DNA of 64,000 nt from Candidatus Omnitrophota bacterium (GCA_029564765.1 JAKQPK010000075.1:4603-68602), one strand, 5' to 3'; shown: positions 48,959 through 58,133, counted from the first letter of the stretch. Notes: generated by a model not told the origin, from the sequence alone. Numbers and translations are program-made.

Positions 48959-50341
48959 ATGACTATCAACAATAATAATAGGATCGTTATCTTTTTTTTC
49001 TTACTGGTGATCGTTTTCTTTAGCTTTTGCCGGGTAAGCGAATCCGCTTTTGACCTTAGCGTCAGCCCACTTCGGGGGGGCAGCAGCCTGAGATTTGGTC
49101 GTGTTACTTCTGCTCAGACAGCAAATCAAGAAGTTCGTCTACGCATCAACACTAACCAAGGGGTTCAGTATCAGGTATTCCAATCTATGATCGAGCCGCT
49201 GATCAGCGAAAAAGGAGAGCCTTTGCGGGCTTCAGCATTAAAAACATATTCCATCACAGGCTCCAATGCTTTGGGAACGCTTTATTTGCAGCAAATGGGT
49301 TCCATGAAAAATATCGACGATCTTGTCTACACATCGAATGGCGCTGGACAAAGTGATTCTTTTACCATGGTTTATGCCATCGATCCTGCGCAAATCGATG
49401 TTCCAGGCCGCTTTTCTGGAAAGATCTTGTATACGCTTAGACCTGTCTCTGGGGGAAGTCAGATCCAAGCCTATTTGGATGTTTTTCTTGAGATACCCCA
49501 AGACTTTAAGGTTCAAACTCAGGCATCTTCAGGGTTAGACACAGTACGTCTGAATACAAGAGGTGCCGCAGGGCTGGAAGGTTATTTCAATATTTCTTTT
49601 TCTGGCAATCTAGGCGACAGTCTTGTGATCTATCAAGATATTGATCGCTTGCCGGTCAATGATCGCAATGAAGAAATCCAAAAAGACATGCTGAAATTCT
49701 TTGTAAGTACGAGCCAGGAGGGGGCCGCGAAGTACCCCAGTCCCACAAACTTTGCGAAGCGTCTGATGATCTACACATCAAAAAATACAAGCGATACGGT
49801 GAATGTGAGATTTTCGTTAGACCAAGAAGTCGCGTCTAAACAAAAGGCAGGTGTTTATCGTGGGCAAGTGAAGTATTTCCTTGAAAAACAAGGCATCGCA
49901 CAAACTGTTTTGCTAAATTTAGAGATTACGATCGATCCTGTTTTTCAGCTTGATGTCAGTTTTCCTGAAGGGCGTGAGCCGCGCTTTGACGATGTTCTGC
50001 CCAATAGCCCACCCCAGGTCAAAGAAGCGATCATTGATATCAAGACGAATCTAGGAAAACCTTATATGATCATTCAGAAAATCGCATCCCCACTTGCAAA
50101 TGTCAAGGGTGCTGTTTTCAAGCAGGAATTCTTTGATATGAAGGTTGAAAATATGAGCGGGCAGGGTAAAAGTAGTTTTGAGGACTTTACGGTTGTCCCG
50201 AAAGAGGAGAGAACCATCTTCCAGTCGGACGCCAAGGGGGCGCCTTGCAGGGTCAGGGTGTTATATCGTTTGAAACCTTATCCGGGAATGGAGCCTGGTA
50301 ATTACTTAACATCGATCGTTTATTCATTGGGCGAAATATAG
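48959..50341 (+). CDS. Secreted two-domain beta-rich protein (possible fibre adhesin or tip component). First gene of a putative surface-fibre cluster
   Basis: Signal peptide. Two ~200-aa halves that end similarly ('YTLRPVSGGSQIQAYLDVFLEI' / 'YRLKPYPGMEPGNYLTSIVYSLGEI'). AT-rich upstream region. Confidence 0.45.
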   Translation: MTINNNNRIVIFFFLLVIVFFSFCRVSESAFDLSVSPLRGGSSLRFGRVTSAQTANQEVRLRINTNQGVQYQVFQSMIEPLISEKGEPLRASALKTYSITGSNALGTLYLQQMGSMKNIDDLVYTSNGAGQSDSFTMVYAIDPAQIDVPGRFSGKILYTLRPVSGGSQIQAYLDVFLEIPQDFKVQTQASSGLDTVRLNTRGAAGLEGYFNISFSGNLGDSLVIYQDIDRLPVNDRNEEIQKDMLKFFVSTSQEGAAKYPSPTNFAKRLMIYTSKNTSDTVNVRFSLDQEVASKQKAGVYRGQVKYFLEKQGIAQTVLLNLEITIDPVFQLDVSFPEGREPRFDDVLPNSPPQVKEAIIDIKTNLGKPYMIIQKIASPLANVKGAVFKQEFFDMKVENMSGQGKSSFEDFTVVPKEERTIFQSDAKGAPCRVRVLYRLKPYPGMEPGNYLTSIVYSLGEI

Positions 50342-50412
50342 AAAGGAGGAAGAGCCACGGAACTAAAAGCTGTTTGTTAAACTAAAAAAAATAAAACAAA
50401 AGGAGAGTTAAA

Positions 50413-51030
50413 ATGAGAAAAATAACCTTGATCATAACGTTGCTGTTAGGCGTTATTTTGATCGCTGCGCCAGTTAGTTTTGCGCAAGTGAATGCAACAA
50501 AGACATTCACGGTATCTGCGACGATCCCTGGAGCGACAGGCATTTCGATTAACGCTTACAATGTGACTGGAAATAATAATCCAGTTCTTGTTTCTGGCCT
50601 TAACCTAAGCTTTGACCCGCTCACGTATGATCCGGTAAATTATATCTACATGCCAGATCATTATTTCTACATTGATGTGCAAGCGACTGGCGGTCCTGGC
50701 ACTCCAACAACCACCTTGACCTTTACCCAGGGCTCAAATCCTAACGCCGCTAATAGCGGTAACGGCCTTGGATGGAAGGGTGCGCTGACATACGCCAAGG
50801 TAGATTCTCTTGGAGCTGTTAATTTGTTGCCCACACATCCTAAAGAGCTTTTCAAGGATGTTAACGGGGATGTCGTTTTGCCGGCTGAGCTTGGAGCAGG
50901 CAGTTTTTTTAGGGCATATTTAGGTCTGAACGTTGATAGTACAATGCCTGCAGGCGGTGAAATGTTTACCTTGAACGATGCCGCTGGTGTTTATGACGGG
51001 ACATTATTAGTCACAGCAACCATACCGTAA
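50413..51030 (+). CDS. Pilin-like secreted subunit (candidate major fibre subunit)
   Basis: Signal peptide 'LIAAPVSFAQV'. About 180-aa mature region rich in T/S/G/N. Strong RBS 'aaaaggagagttaaaATG'. Followed by a perfect 16-bp hairpin. Confidence 0.45.
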   Translation: MRKITLIITLLLGVILIAAPVSFAQVNATKTFTVSATIPGATGISINAYNVTGNNNPVLVSGLNLSFDPLTYDPVNYIYMPDHYFYIDVQATGGPGTPTTTLTFTQGSNPNAANSGNGLGWKGALTYAKVDSLGAVNLLPTHPKELFKDVNGDVVLPAELGAGSFFRAYLGLNVDSTMPAGGEMFTLNDAAGVYDGTLLVTATIP

Positions 51031-51060
51031 AACGACCCTGTTGTCATTTGCCGATATTGT

Positions 51061-51097
51061 CAAGACTTGCTGAGAAAGAACTTCTCAGCAAGTCTTG
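51061..51097 (+). promoter_or_regulatory. Intercistronic perfect stem-loop (16-bp stem) between the pilin-like gene and the chaperone-like gene
   Basis: 'caagacttgctgagaa-agaac-ttctcagcaagtcttg', then RBS 'gaagagagg' and the ATG at 51112. It resembles the mRNA-stabilising or attenuating hairpins found after major-subunit genes in chaperone-usher operons. Confidence 0.55.
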
Positions 51098-51111
51098 AAG
51101 AGAGGCCTTGC

Positions 51112-51924
51112 ATGAAAAGAATCTTATTGTTCTTGGGGCTATGCCTTGCTTTCTTGTCTTTGATATCCTTAAAAGAAGCTTCTGCTCAATTGCTTCTTGA
51201 AACCGGAAAGATCGCGCTTTCTCTAAAGCCTGGAGAAACTGCTGTTGGCGAAATAAAGATTAACAATATTACGGATAAGGAAGTAGCCGTTAAGGCTTAT
51301 TGGCAGGATTTTGTTTATACACCCCCGTTTGACGGTAACAAAAAATTCTTTCCCCCCGCGACGACTCCGCTCTCTTGTTCACAATGGGTTAGCTTTAGCC
51401 CCCAGGATTTCCAGCTCAAGCCATTTGAGAAAAAGACCATTTCTTACAATATTAAATTCCCTGCATCAGCCCAGGGAGGATATTATGGAGTTTTATTTTT
51501 TGAGAATCATAGCGCGCAAAAAGATTCAAAAACAGGCGTCAGCGTGATCGCTAGAGTTGGATGTCTTTTCTTTCTTGAGACAGCCGCAAGCCCCAAGGAT
51601 GCCAAGGTGCGAGATGTGAAGGCTGTTGGAAATCGTATTGAAGGGGATATTCAAAATAATAGTCAAATCATATTGATACCCAAAGGGATTTTTTATATTA
51701 TGAATAAAGAGGGGCTGATCGCTGATCGAGGTGAGTTAGGCGCTTTTTATTTGCCCCCAGGTCAAGATGTCCCGTTCTTTATTAACGTTTCGGATAAGGT
51801 TTCGCTAGGGACATATACCATGGTCCTTACTTTTGATCTGGGCGATGGCGACAGCTTGGTCCAGGAAGTAGATTTTACGAAAACCGAAAGATCAAATCTT
51901 GTGATTCTTCAAGTGCGGGACTAA
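51112..51924 (+). CDS. Secreted PapD-like (pili-assembly chaperone N-domain / DUF916-like) protein
   Basis: Signal peptide 'MKRILLFLGLCLAFLSLISLKEASA'. 'IALSLKPGETAVGEIKINNITDKEVAVKAYWQDF' parallels the PapD/FimC strand motif '...LVQSWI'. The ORF-track start at 51067 is an extension. Confidence 0.45.
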   Translation: MKRILLFLGLCLAFLSLISLKEASAQLLLETGKIALSLKPGETAVGEIKINNITDKEVAVKAYWQDFVYTPPFDGNKKFFPPATTPLSCSQWVSFSPQDFQLKPFEKKTISYNIKFPASAQGGYYGVLFFENHSAQKDSKTGVSVIARVGCLFFLETAASPKDAKVRDVKAVGNRIEGDIQNNSQIILIPKGIFYIMNKEGLIADRGELGAFYLPPGQDVPFFINVSDKVSLGTYTMVLTFDLGDGDSLVQEVDFTKTERSNLVILQVRD

Positions 51925-51939
51925 TGAAACGAATATTTT

Positions 51940-54900
51940 ATGCACAAAAAAATAATTTTCGTTGCCGCAGGATTAGCCTTCCTATTTCTTTCTTGCCTTG
52001 CCAGCACATCACGTGCTGAAGAGCTCGTTTCTTATGATTTTTTTGAAAACAGAGGGATGCTCGAATTAGCGCAAGGGCGCTATGCGGACGCGATTGTCTT
52101 CTTTAACGAAGCCTTAGCGCTCAATCCGCAAGCCAAGAATTCGTTACGCTTTCTAAACGCTATTAGACGGCTTTTGGAAGGACGCTACGGAGTTATTGAA
52201 TTTCGCGAAAAGTCCCAAGGCTTAGAGTGTGAAGCTGCAGCCGTATGGACAGCAGCCAGTCAGGGACAGACGGTGGATGTAGCCCTGCCGGAATCTTCGA
52301 GCGAGGATGATTTTCTTTCTTCAGTTTCTTTCCAAGCAGATCCTGTCTATGTTAGTGAAGGCCGTGTGGCAGATAGGCCAGAAGACCCCGCACAGTCAAG
52401 AAAGCAAGATATTTCTGCCGCACTTGACATCATTGAGTCAGCTGCCAGACAGAAAGTTTCTGCAGAGAAAGCAGCGACTATTGATGGTAAAGAAAGCAAT
52501 GCTCAGCATAAGACGCTTGTGGCAACATCAAGCAACCCTGTTGCTGAAGATGATACCAAAAAAGACCTTTCCCAGTCGAAGACTGATGTTTCAGATACGA
52601 TATATTTAAATGATGAGCTTTGGAGCTTGCCCGTAAAACCTAGACTTGAGATCGAGATTGATCATGCGATCATTCTAGAGGGGGATAATGTTGAACGGTT
52701 TTTGGTCGTAACCCCCGGATTTATTAGCATTAAAAAAATTGATCGTAATAAAATCCTTCTTATGGCCGAAAAAAGGGGGTCCACGATCATACTTGTTTGG
52801 GATGCGCATGGACGTTGGTCCTTTAATGCTGAAGTTATCTTTCCATCTCAGAAAGCAAGTGCAAAGACCGCTCCGGTGCTTCAAGAAGAGTCCAACCCGT
52901 TTCGTTTTACGTATGCAGCAGATTGGAGCCAGTTTTACTCCAGTGAAGATGCGGATATTTTTGAGCGGCGGTCGCTGATCTTTACACAGCGCTTGATGCT
53001 GGATGGAGAAACGCCTTATGGTGACATTGATACATCTGTGATATTTAATAAGTTCGACGCAACGACCAAGGCCACGGGGTACACCATTGGCTTAAGCGAT
53101 GGCTCGATCGGTCCGCTGTCGGATTTTCGCTTACGCGGCTTTGATGCGCGTAAAACTTTTTCACCTCTTACCCTGTCTTCCAAATATTTTCGCGGTATTC
53201 TTTTTGAAAAAGATTTCTTTGATGAAAACATGGAAGCGACATTTTTGTGGGGTCGTGATCGTTCAGCGTACGGTTATCTGCTTCCAGGCGCTGTTGATAA
53301 AAGGGATTTCTTTGTGACAGGGGGGCGTGTACATCTTTTTCCTAAGGGAAAGCATCAGTATGCTTTTAATTATACGGCGAGCGATGGAAACGACCGTCCG
53401 TCGTATGTCAAGAACACGGTCATGTCCGTGGAAACATTTCAAGATTTTGGAAAGATGGACTTTGCGGCTGAAATCGCATACGGCGATAAGGATCTTGCCC
53501 GCACAGCGAATTTTGGTTTTGAGCTAAACCCTCAGATGGATTTTTCAATTAATCTTCGAGATATTGATAAGAATTATGCAACGGCTACCTCTAGCGTTGG
53601 AAGCCAGGGAGAAGCGGGGAGTATCCTTTCTTTTGTTTGGCGCCCTGAAAGTTTTAGTTTTGATTCGACCGTTGATATTTATCGTAATCGATACATCTTT
53701 AACCCTCAAAATGAAGCAGCTATTAACTATGATTGGTCGACCTCCATACGCAAAACGTTGACCAATCTATCCTGGTGGAACACGAATATTTATTATTCGG
53801 ATACTCCGGGGCTTGTTTCGCCCCACAGAGATTTCCGGATCTTTAACACTTATTCTAAGAATTTTAAGATCACGGATATAAAAATGTTGTCGCTCCATTT
53901 TGGCCAATCCTACCAAAAAAGCCGGTACGCATATTCACCCGCCTCTGAGTTTGATCGCGTTGGTCTTTCAGCTGGCGCGCGTGTTCCTCTTTTGAGGGAT
54001 TTCACTTATTTCTGTAATTATGAATATTCCTGGGTCCAAGAGGTCATGACGGGAAAGAGCATACAGCCCAATGTGCTTACCACAGGATTCGATTTCTCAA
54101 GGAACATCACGCAATATATTTCGGGGAATGTAAATTTATCCTATCGTAATGAGCAGAACGCCCAAGGGACCTTGAGCTTTTTGGCGGGAGAAGACAGCGC
54201 CGCGGCCACGCTTGGTCTTTTTTATCGTCCCAGCTCGGACCTTGACCTTTATTTTGAGGGGACTGTTAGGGAGGTTTGGCCGGATGATCAAACGCGTGAT
54301 AATTTCTTAGAGGGAGATTTTCGCATGGGAGTCCGCGTCGCTTGGGATATGCCTTTTCGATGGAACCCCCAAGGATATGCTGGCGGCGTTGTTTTTAAGG
54401 ACCTTAACGGTAACGGCATTCAAGATCCTGGAGAAGACGGTATCCCGGATATCGTGATCAAGGCTGGAAAATCGCGCGCGGTCACTGGCTCTCAAGGATC
54501 GTATTTGGCCAAGGTTAGCGGCAAGAAAGTTCAAGTTGGTATTGATTTTGATAGCGTTCCTGCAGGATATGTTTTTACGACCTCACCCAGCCAGCATATT
54601 ACAATTGCTCCTGATAAGGTTGTTAAGATCAACTTTGGCCTTACGACGCGTTCGGAAATTTATGGCGTTGCTTTTGTGGATAACAATCAAAACGGGAAAC
54701 CCGATGGCCGCGAGCCAACGATCGCTGATATCACGTTGATCCTTGATGGCAAGCAGAGAACAACAACCGATTTTGAAGGTTCTTATTCGTTCTCTGGCAT
54801 TACAGCTGGAAAACATGTTCTTTCGATCGATGTCAATTCAATACCGATCGAATATTTACCAGCAGTTAAAGTGCAAAGCGAGATCGAGGTCCAGGAGGGT

Positions 54901-54984
54901 ACAACGTATATCTTTCACATTCCTTTAAGAAAAAATATTAGCGTGTCAAACGACAAGAAGATCCCTCAAGAGAAGGTCGAGTAA
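51940..54984 (+). CDS. Large secreted/outer-membrane protein with N-terminal TPR, a central beta-rich region, and C-terminal SdrD-B/Cna-B-type (Ca-binding Ig-like) repeats. Candidate usher or platform of the fibre cluster
   Basis: Signal peptide. TPR 'LAQGRYADAIVFFNEALALNPQ'. Barrel-like alternating hydrophobic stretches in the middle. C-terminal 'FKDLNGNGIQDPGEDGIPDIVIKAG' and 'FVDNNQNGKPDGREPTIADITLILDG'. Confidence 0.5.
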   Translation: MHKKIIFVAAGLAFLFLSCLASTSRAEELVSYDFFENRGMLELAQGRYADAIVFFNEALALNPQAKNSLRFLNAIRRLLEGRYGVIEFREKSQGLECEAAAVWTAASQGQTVDVALPESSSEDDFLSSVSFQADPVYVSEGRVADRPEDPAQSRKQDISAALDIIESAARQKVSAEKAATIDGKESNAQHKTLVATSSNPVAEDDTKKDLSQSKTDVSDTIYLNDELWSLPVKPRLEIEIDHAIILEGDNVERFLVVTPGFISIKKIDRNKILLMAEKRGSTIILVWDAHGRWSFNAEVIFPSQKASAKTAPVLQEESNPFRFTYAADWSQFYSSEDADIFERRSLIFTQRLMLDGETPYGDIDTSVIFNKFDATTKATGYTIGLSDGSIGPLSDFRLRGFDARKTFSPLTLSSKYFRGILFEKDFFDENMEATFLWGRDRSAYGYLLPGAVDKRDFFVTGGRVHLFPKGKHQYAFNYTASDGNDRPSYVKNTVMSVETFQDFGKMDFAAEIAYGDKDLARTANFGFELNPQMDFSINLRDIDKNYATATSSVGSQGEAGSILSFVWRPESFSFDSTVDIYRNRYIFNPQNEAAINYDWSTSIRKTLTNLSWWNTNIYYSDTPGLVSPHRDFRIFNTYSKNFKITDIKMLSLHFGQSYQKSRYAYSPASEFDRVGLSAGARVPLLRDFTYFCNYEYSWVQEVMTGKSIQPNVLTTGFDFSRNITQYISGNVNLSYRNEQNAQGTLSFLAGEDSAAATLGLFYRPSSDLDLYFEGTVREVWPDDQTRDNFLEGDFRMGVRVAWDMPFRWNPQGYAGGVVFKDLNGNGIQDPGEDGIPDIVIKAGKSRAVTGSQGSYLAKVSGKKVQVGIDFDSVPAGYVFTTSPSQHITIAPDKVVKINFGLTTRSEIYGVAFVDNNQNGKPDGREPTIADITLILDGKQRTTTDFEGSYSFSGITAGKHVLSIDVNSIPIEYLPAVKVQSEIEVQEGTTYIFHIPLRKNISVSNDKKIPQEKVE

Positions 54985-54990
54985 GGGACC

Positions 54991-55239
54991 TTATTTTGCA
55001 ACGACTGTTTTGACCAAGACTTTTTCGTTATTGCGAATATCTTGCTCCATGGCCACCTGAAAGTTATTCGTGTTAGGCTGTATTCGTGCTTCAGGCTGAA
55101 TGGACGCATGATAAACAGCGGGGATCGTCACAGAAACTTTGTAGCTTTTACTAGCTCCTTGGGCAGCTTCTAGTGGTGAGTAGAAAAGAACGCTGATGAT
55201 CAGCAGGCTAGTGATCTTTTTCAAAGAAAAGTTTTTCAT
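54991..55239 (-). CDS. Small secreted hypothetical protein (82 aa), convergent with the upstream gene
   Basis: Signal peptide. RBS 'aaaggagcacaaaATG' on the minus strand. Confidence 0.4.
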   Translation of the reverse strand: MKNFSLKKITSLLIISVLFYSPLEAAQGASKSYKVSVTIPAVYHASIQPEARIQPNTNNFQVAMEQDIRNNEKVLVKTVVAK

Positions 55240-55255
55240 TTTGTGCTCCTTTCAT

Positions 55256-55294
55256 AAAAAAAGCCCTTTGACGAAAATCAAAGGGCTTTTTAAT
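55256..55294. terminator. Bidirectional intrinsic terminator-like hairpin
   Basis: 'aaaaagccctttga-cgaaaa-tcaaagggcttttt'. On the minus strand it lies directly 5' of the RBS of the 82-aa gene, so it may terminate a minus-strand transcript coming from the 55.3-55.7 kb non-coding region. Confidence 0.6.
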
Positions 55295-55753
55295 TACGTA
55301 ATCAACATCGAATCATTTTATGATTCACGGCAACCAGACAACCTTTTACTGGCTAACGTCAGCAGTCAGGCTCACGGCTTTGTGCCCTACACTTTCGAGT
55401 AGTTTACCTTTCAGTCTTATGAAAGAGCGAATCACAACATCACCAATAAGAATATAGCATGGTAGAAAGCGTTTTTCAACGTAGGGGTAATAATATAACG
55501 CTTTCTTTAGATTTCATAACAATATATATTACAGGTATTTACGTTATATCAAGAGAAGAATTATATAAATTTTATGCAAAAAGTCTTATGAGCCGCAATT
55601 TGTTCTCTAAATCAGTAATTTTTCGGAAACAGTTAATTGCGCATTCTAAGATTGACTCCCGCTTTATAAAATAGTATCATATCGTACTTAAAAGTTGTTT
55701 CGGGGAAATCTACAGGCCAATTATCCGGAAATAAGCCTGATGTTCTTTTTTGA

Positions 55754-55928
55754 GGAGAAGAGGCAGGCCAATCGCCTGAAGATCAAATTGAATGTTTTAG
55801 GGGAATTGGCACGCACCTTTACCTCTAGGAGAAAGTTTTAGGGAGAAGTGGCAGGCCAATCGCCTGAAGATCAAATTGAATGTTTTAGGGGAATTGGCAC
55901 GCACCTTTACCTCTAGGAGAAAGTTTTA
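55754..55928 (+). repeat. Tandem direct repeat (two units of 87-88 bp), each starting with a copy of the first 13 nt of tRNA-Ser
   Basis: Unit: 'ggagaag(a/t)ggcaggccaatcgcctgaagatcaaattgaatgttttaggggaattggcacgcacctttacctctaggagaaagttttag'. The third copy of 'ggagaagtggcag' is the true tRNA 5' end. Confidence 0.8.
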
Positions 55929-56018
55929 GGGAGAAGTGGCAGAGTGGTTGAATGCGGCGGTCTTGAAAACCGTTAGGGGCCTTGCGGTCCCTCGAGGGTT
56001 CGAATCCTTCCTTCTCCG
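55929..56018 (+). tRNA. tRNA-Ser (anticodon TGA), type II with long variable arm
   Basis: Acceptor 'ggagaag'/'cttctcc', anticodon arm 'gcggt-ctTGAaa-accgt', long variable arm, T-arm 'gaggg-ttcgaat-ccttc', discriminator g. Confidence 0.85.
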
Positions 56019-56040
56019 TTTTTTGCTTTGCAAAAAAACA

Positions 56041-56098
56041 GAGCAATTGAGCAATGGACAATAGAAGAACCGATGCTCAATTGCGATTTATTTTTTAT
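56041..56098 (+). terminator. Rho-independent terminator downstream of tRNA-Ser
   Basis: 11-bp inverted repeat 'gcaattgagca...tgctcaattgc', followed by 'gatttattttttatt'. Confidence 0.6.
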
Positions 56099-56147
56099 TG
56101 TTCGATTGTTTTCCGGAGCACGGAAGGTTAAATAAAAGGAGTGGTGT

Positions 56148-56756
56148 ATGCGGATCAAATATTTTACTAGTGTGGCGTGTTTTGTTTTTCTGGCTGGATG
56201 TCTTGTAAGTTGTTCCTCTGTGAAGGTAGCGCGTACCGACTCATCAAGAACAGTTGACCTCAGCGGAAATTGGAATGATTCAGATTCACGCTTGGTTTCT
56301 CAGGAAATGATCCAGTCCTGCGTCGCGCATGCTTGGTTGAGCGAATTCGATCGAAAGAACGGAAGGGTTCCTGTGGTGATCGTTGGGACGATCATGAATA
56401 AGACCTCAGAACACATTGATCCTCAGGTGTTCGTTAGCGATCTCGAGCAGAGCTTGATCAATACGGGACGTGCCAAATTTGTTGCCTCAAGCCCGCAGCG
56501 CCAGGAACTGCGCACGGAAAAAGAAGATCAGTCTTTGCACGCTTCCCGAGAGACTGCCCGAAAGATGAACGCAGAAACAGGTGCTGATTTTATGCTGCAG
56601 GGCATTATCAGTTCTGTCAAAGATGAGATCTCTGGTAAGTACGTTATCTTTTATCAAGTCAATCTTGAGCTTGTCGATCTGACTACAAATGAAAAAATTT
56701 GGATCGGTCAAAAAGAGATCAAAAAGATCGTTTCGCGTAAAGCCTTTGGGTTGTAA
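56148..56756 (+). CDS. lpoB: LpoB-like outer-membrane lipoprotein (penicillin-binding protein activator family)
   Basis: Lipobox 'FLAGCLVSC'. 'DLSGNWNDSDSRLV...VPVVIVGTIMNKTSEHID...GADFMLQGIIS...YQVNLELVDLTTNEKIWIGQKEI' parallels E. coli LpoB ('DWNG...LLVDSVNNRT...VLYSS...LQMQLMLVQTGEIIWSGK'). Confidence 0.6.
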   Translation: MRIKYFTSVACFVFLAGCLVSCSSVKVARTDSSRTVDLSGNWNDSDSRLVSQEMIQSCVAHAWLSEFDRKNGRVPVVIVGTIMNKTSEHIDPQVFVSDLEQSLINTGRAKFVASSPQRQELRTEKEDQSLHASRETARKMNAETGADFMLQGIISSVKDEISGKYVIFYQVNLELVDLTTNEKIWIGQKEIKKIVSRKAFGL

Positions 56757-56762
56757 GCGAGC

Positions 56763-58133
56763 ATGACAGAAAAAAGCAAGGGATCCTCGATAGTATTTCT
56801 GATCGTAGGATCCCTTTTTTTATTATTGTTACCTTCCTGTGCGAGCCCTTCCGGGATCTCCTCCAGCATCCATAATCTCGCCGCGCGCAATGACTGCGCT
56901 CGCGCTAAGGCCTTTCTTGAGAAGAATCAGCGTCATTATGGAGCCAACAATCGATTGCTTTATTTTCTAGACCGGGGGATGCTCTTGCATCTTTGCAAGG
57001 ATTATCAAGAAAGTAATAATGCTTTTGAGCAAGCAAAGAAAGAATACGAAAAACTTTATACCAAATCGGTCACGGGCATTATTGGCTCATGGCTTTTCAA
57101 TGAATATACGCTTCCTTACGCGGGGGAGGATTTTGAGCGGGTCTTGATCAATATTTTTGGGTCGATGAACTATGTGATGCTCAATGATCTTCAAGGCGCT
57201 TTAGTAGAGGCGCGCGATGTTGACGAGACGCTGCGCTTGATCAACAGCCGTTATGATCCCGGCCGCTACAATGTTTACCGAGAAGATGCTTTTGCGCGCC
57301 TTCTAATAGGCGTGCTTTATGAAGCGAGCCTTAACCCTGAAGGCTATAATAACGCGTTTATTTCGTACAAGAAATCAGCGCAAATTTACGCGGATGATTA
57401 CGCGCGTCTTTATCAGGTTCCAATGCCTTCTGTCCTTAAAGAAAATCTATTAGCAGCCGCTCAATGGATGGGGGATGAAGAATTCACAAGAACGAAAGCC
57501 GATTGCGGCGATATCCCTTTTCAAAGTCTTGCCGAAAAATCCAAGAAAGCAGAGGTGTATCTTATTCATTATAATGGTCCAGCTCCTGTTAAGACCGAGA
57601 TCGTTGTTCCGATCCCGCTGCCGGATGGCAACATTGTCACACTGGCGTTAGCGAAATACGACCGTCATTATCCGGTCGTACGTTTTTCTGAGTTGGTGGC
57701 AGAGAAGAACGAGAATGCATCATTTAGGTCAGCAACCGAGATCGTCCAAGATATTAACGCGATCGCGATCAAGAATTTGGAAAACAAGCGATCACGTATC
57801 GTTGCCAAAGCTGTAGCGACATCTGCCGGGAAGTATCTTTTAGAGAAAGCCTTGCAGCAGAAGATCAAGGAAAAATTCGGTCAAACCGCCGAGATCAACG
57901 CCATTCTCCTGAGCAGCTTATTTAATATCTATACTAATCGCGCAGATCTTCGCTCGTGGCAGACAATACCGTCTAAGATCTATCTTGCGCGATTGTTGCT
58001 GGATCCCGGGGAATATTCGCTACGCGTGGATCATTTTAATTTTCAGCATAGTGCTGTTGGCCAGAAAGATCTTGGAAAGGTCCACTTATATTCTGGTGAC
58101 AAGCGATTTTTTATCATTAAAACAGTTCCATAG
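56763..58133 (+). CDS. Hypothetical lipoprotein (456 aa) with TPR-like N-terminal region, probably co-transcribed with lpoB
   Basis: Lipobox 'LLLPSCAS'. 7-nt gap after lpoB. Confidence 0.45.
   Translation: MTEKSKGSSIVFLIVGSLFLLLLPSCASPSGISSSIHNLAARNDCARAKAFLEKNQRHYGANNRLLYFLDRGMLLHLCKDYQESNNAFEQAKKEYEKLYTKSVTGIIGSWLFNEYTLPYAGEDFERVLINIFGSMNYVMLNDLQGALVEARDVDETLRLINSRYDPGRYNVYREDAFARLLIGVLYEASLNPEGYNNAFISYKKSAQIYADDYARLYQVPMPSVLKENLLAAAQWMGDEEFTRTKADCGDIPFQSLAEKSKKAEVYLIHYNGPAPVKTEIVVPIPLPDGNIVTLALAKYDRHYPVVRFSELVAEKNENASFRSATEIVQDINAIAIKNLENKRSRIVAKAVATSAGKYLLEKALQQKIKEKFGQTAEINAILLSSLFNIYTNRADLRSWQTIPSKIYLARLLLDPGEYSLRVDHFNFQHSAVGQKDLGKVHLYSGDKRFFIIKTVP

Noticed and set aside
51067-51111. 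ORF-track start of the chaperone-like gene at 51067
   Set aside because: The extension would read through the perfect 16-bp hairpin. The Met at 51112, with RBS 'gaagagagg', starts a canonical signal peptide.
52307-54928. Numerous short ORFs in alternative frames within the 51940-54984 gene
   Set aside because: They overlap a single long ORF that has a signal peptide and recognisable TPR and Cna-B-like segments. No independent support.
55754-55928. Possible CRISPR array
   Set aside because: There are only two tandem 87-bp units with no repeat/spacer alternation. The unit contains the tRNA-Ser 5' end. It is not CRISPR-like.
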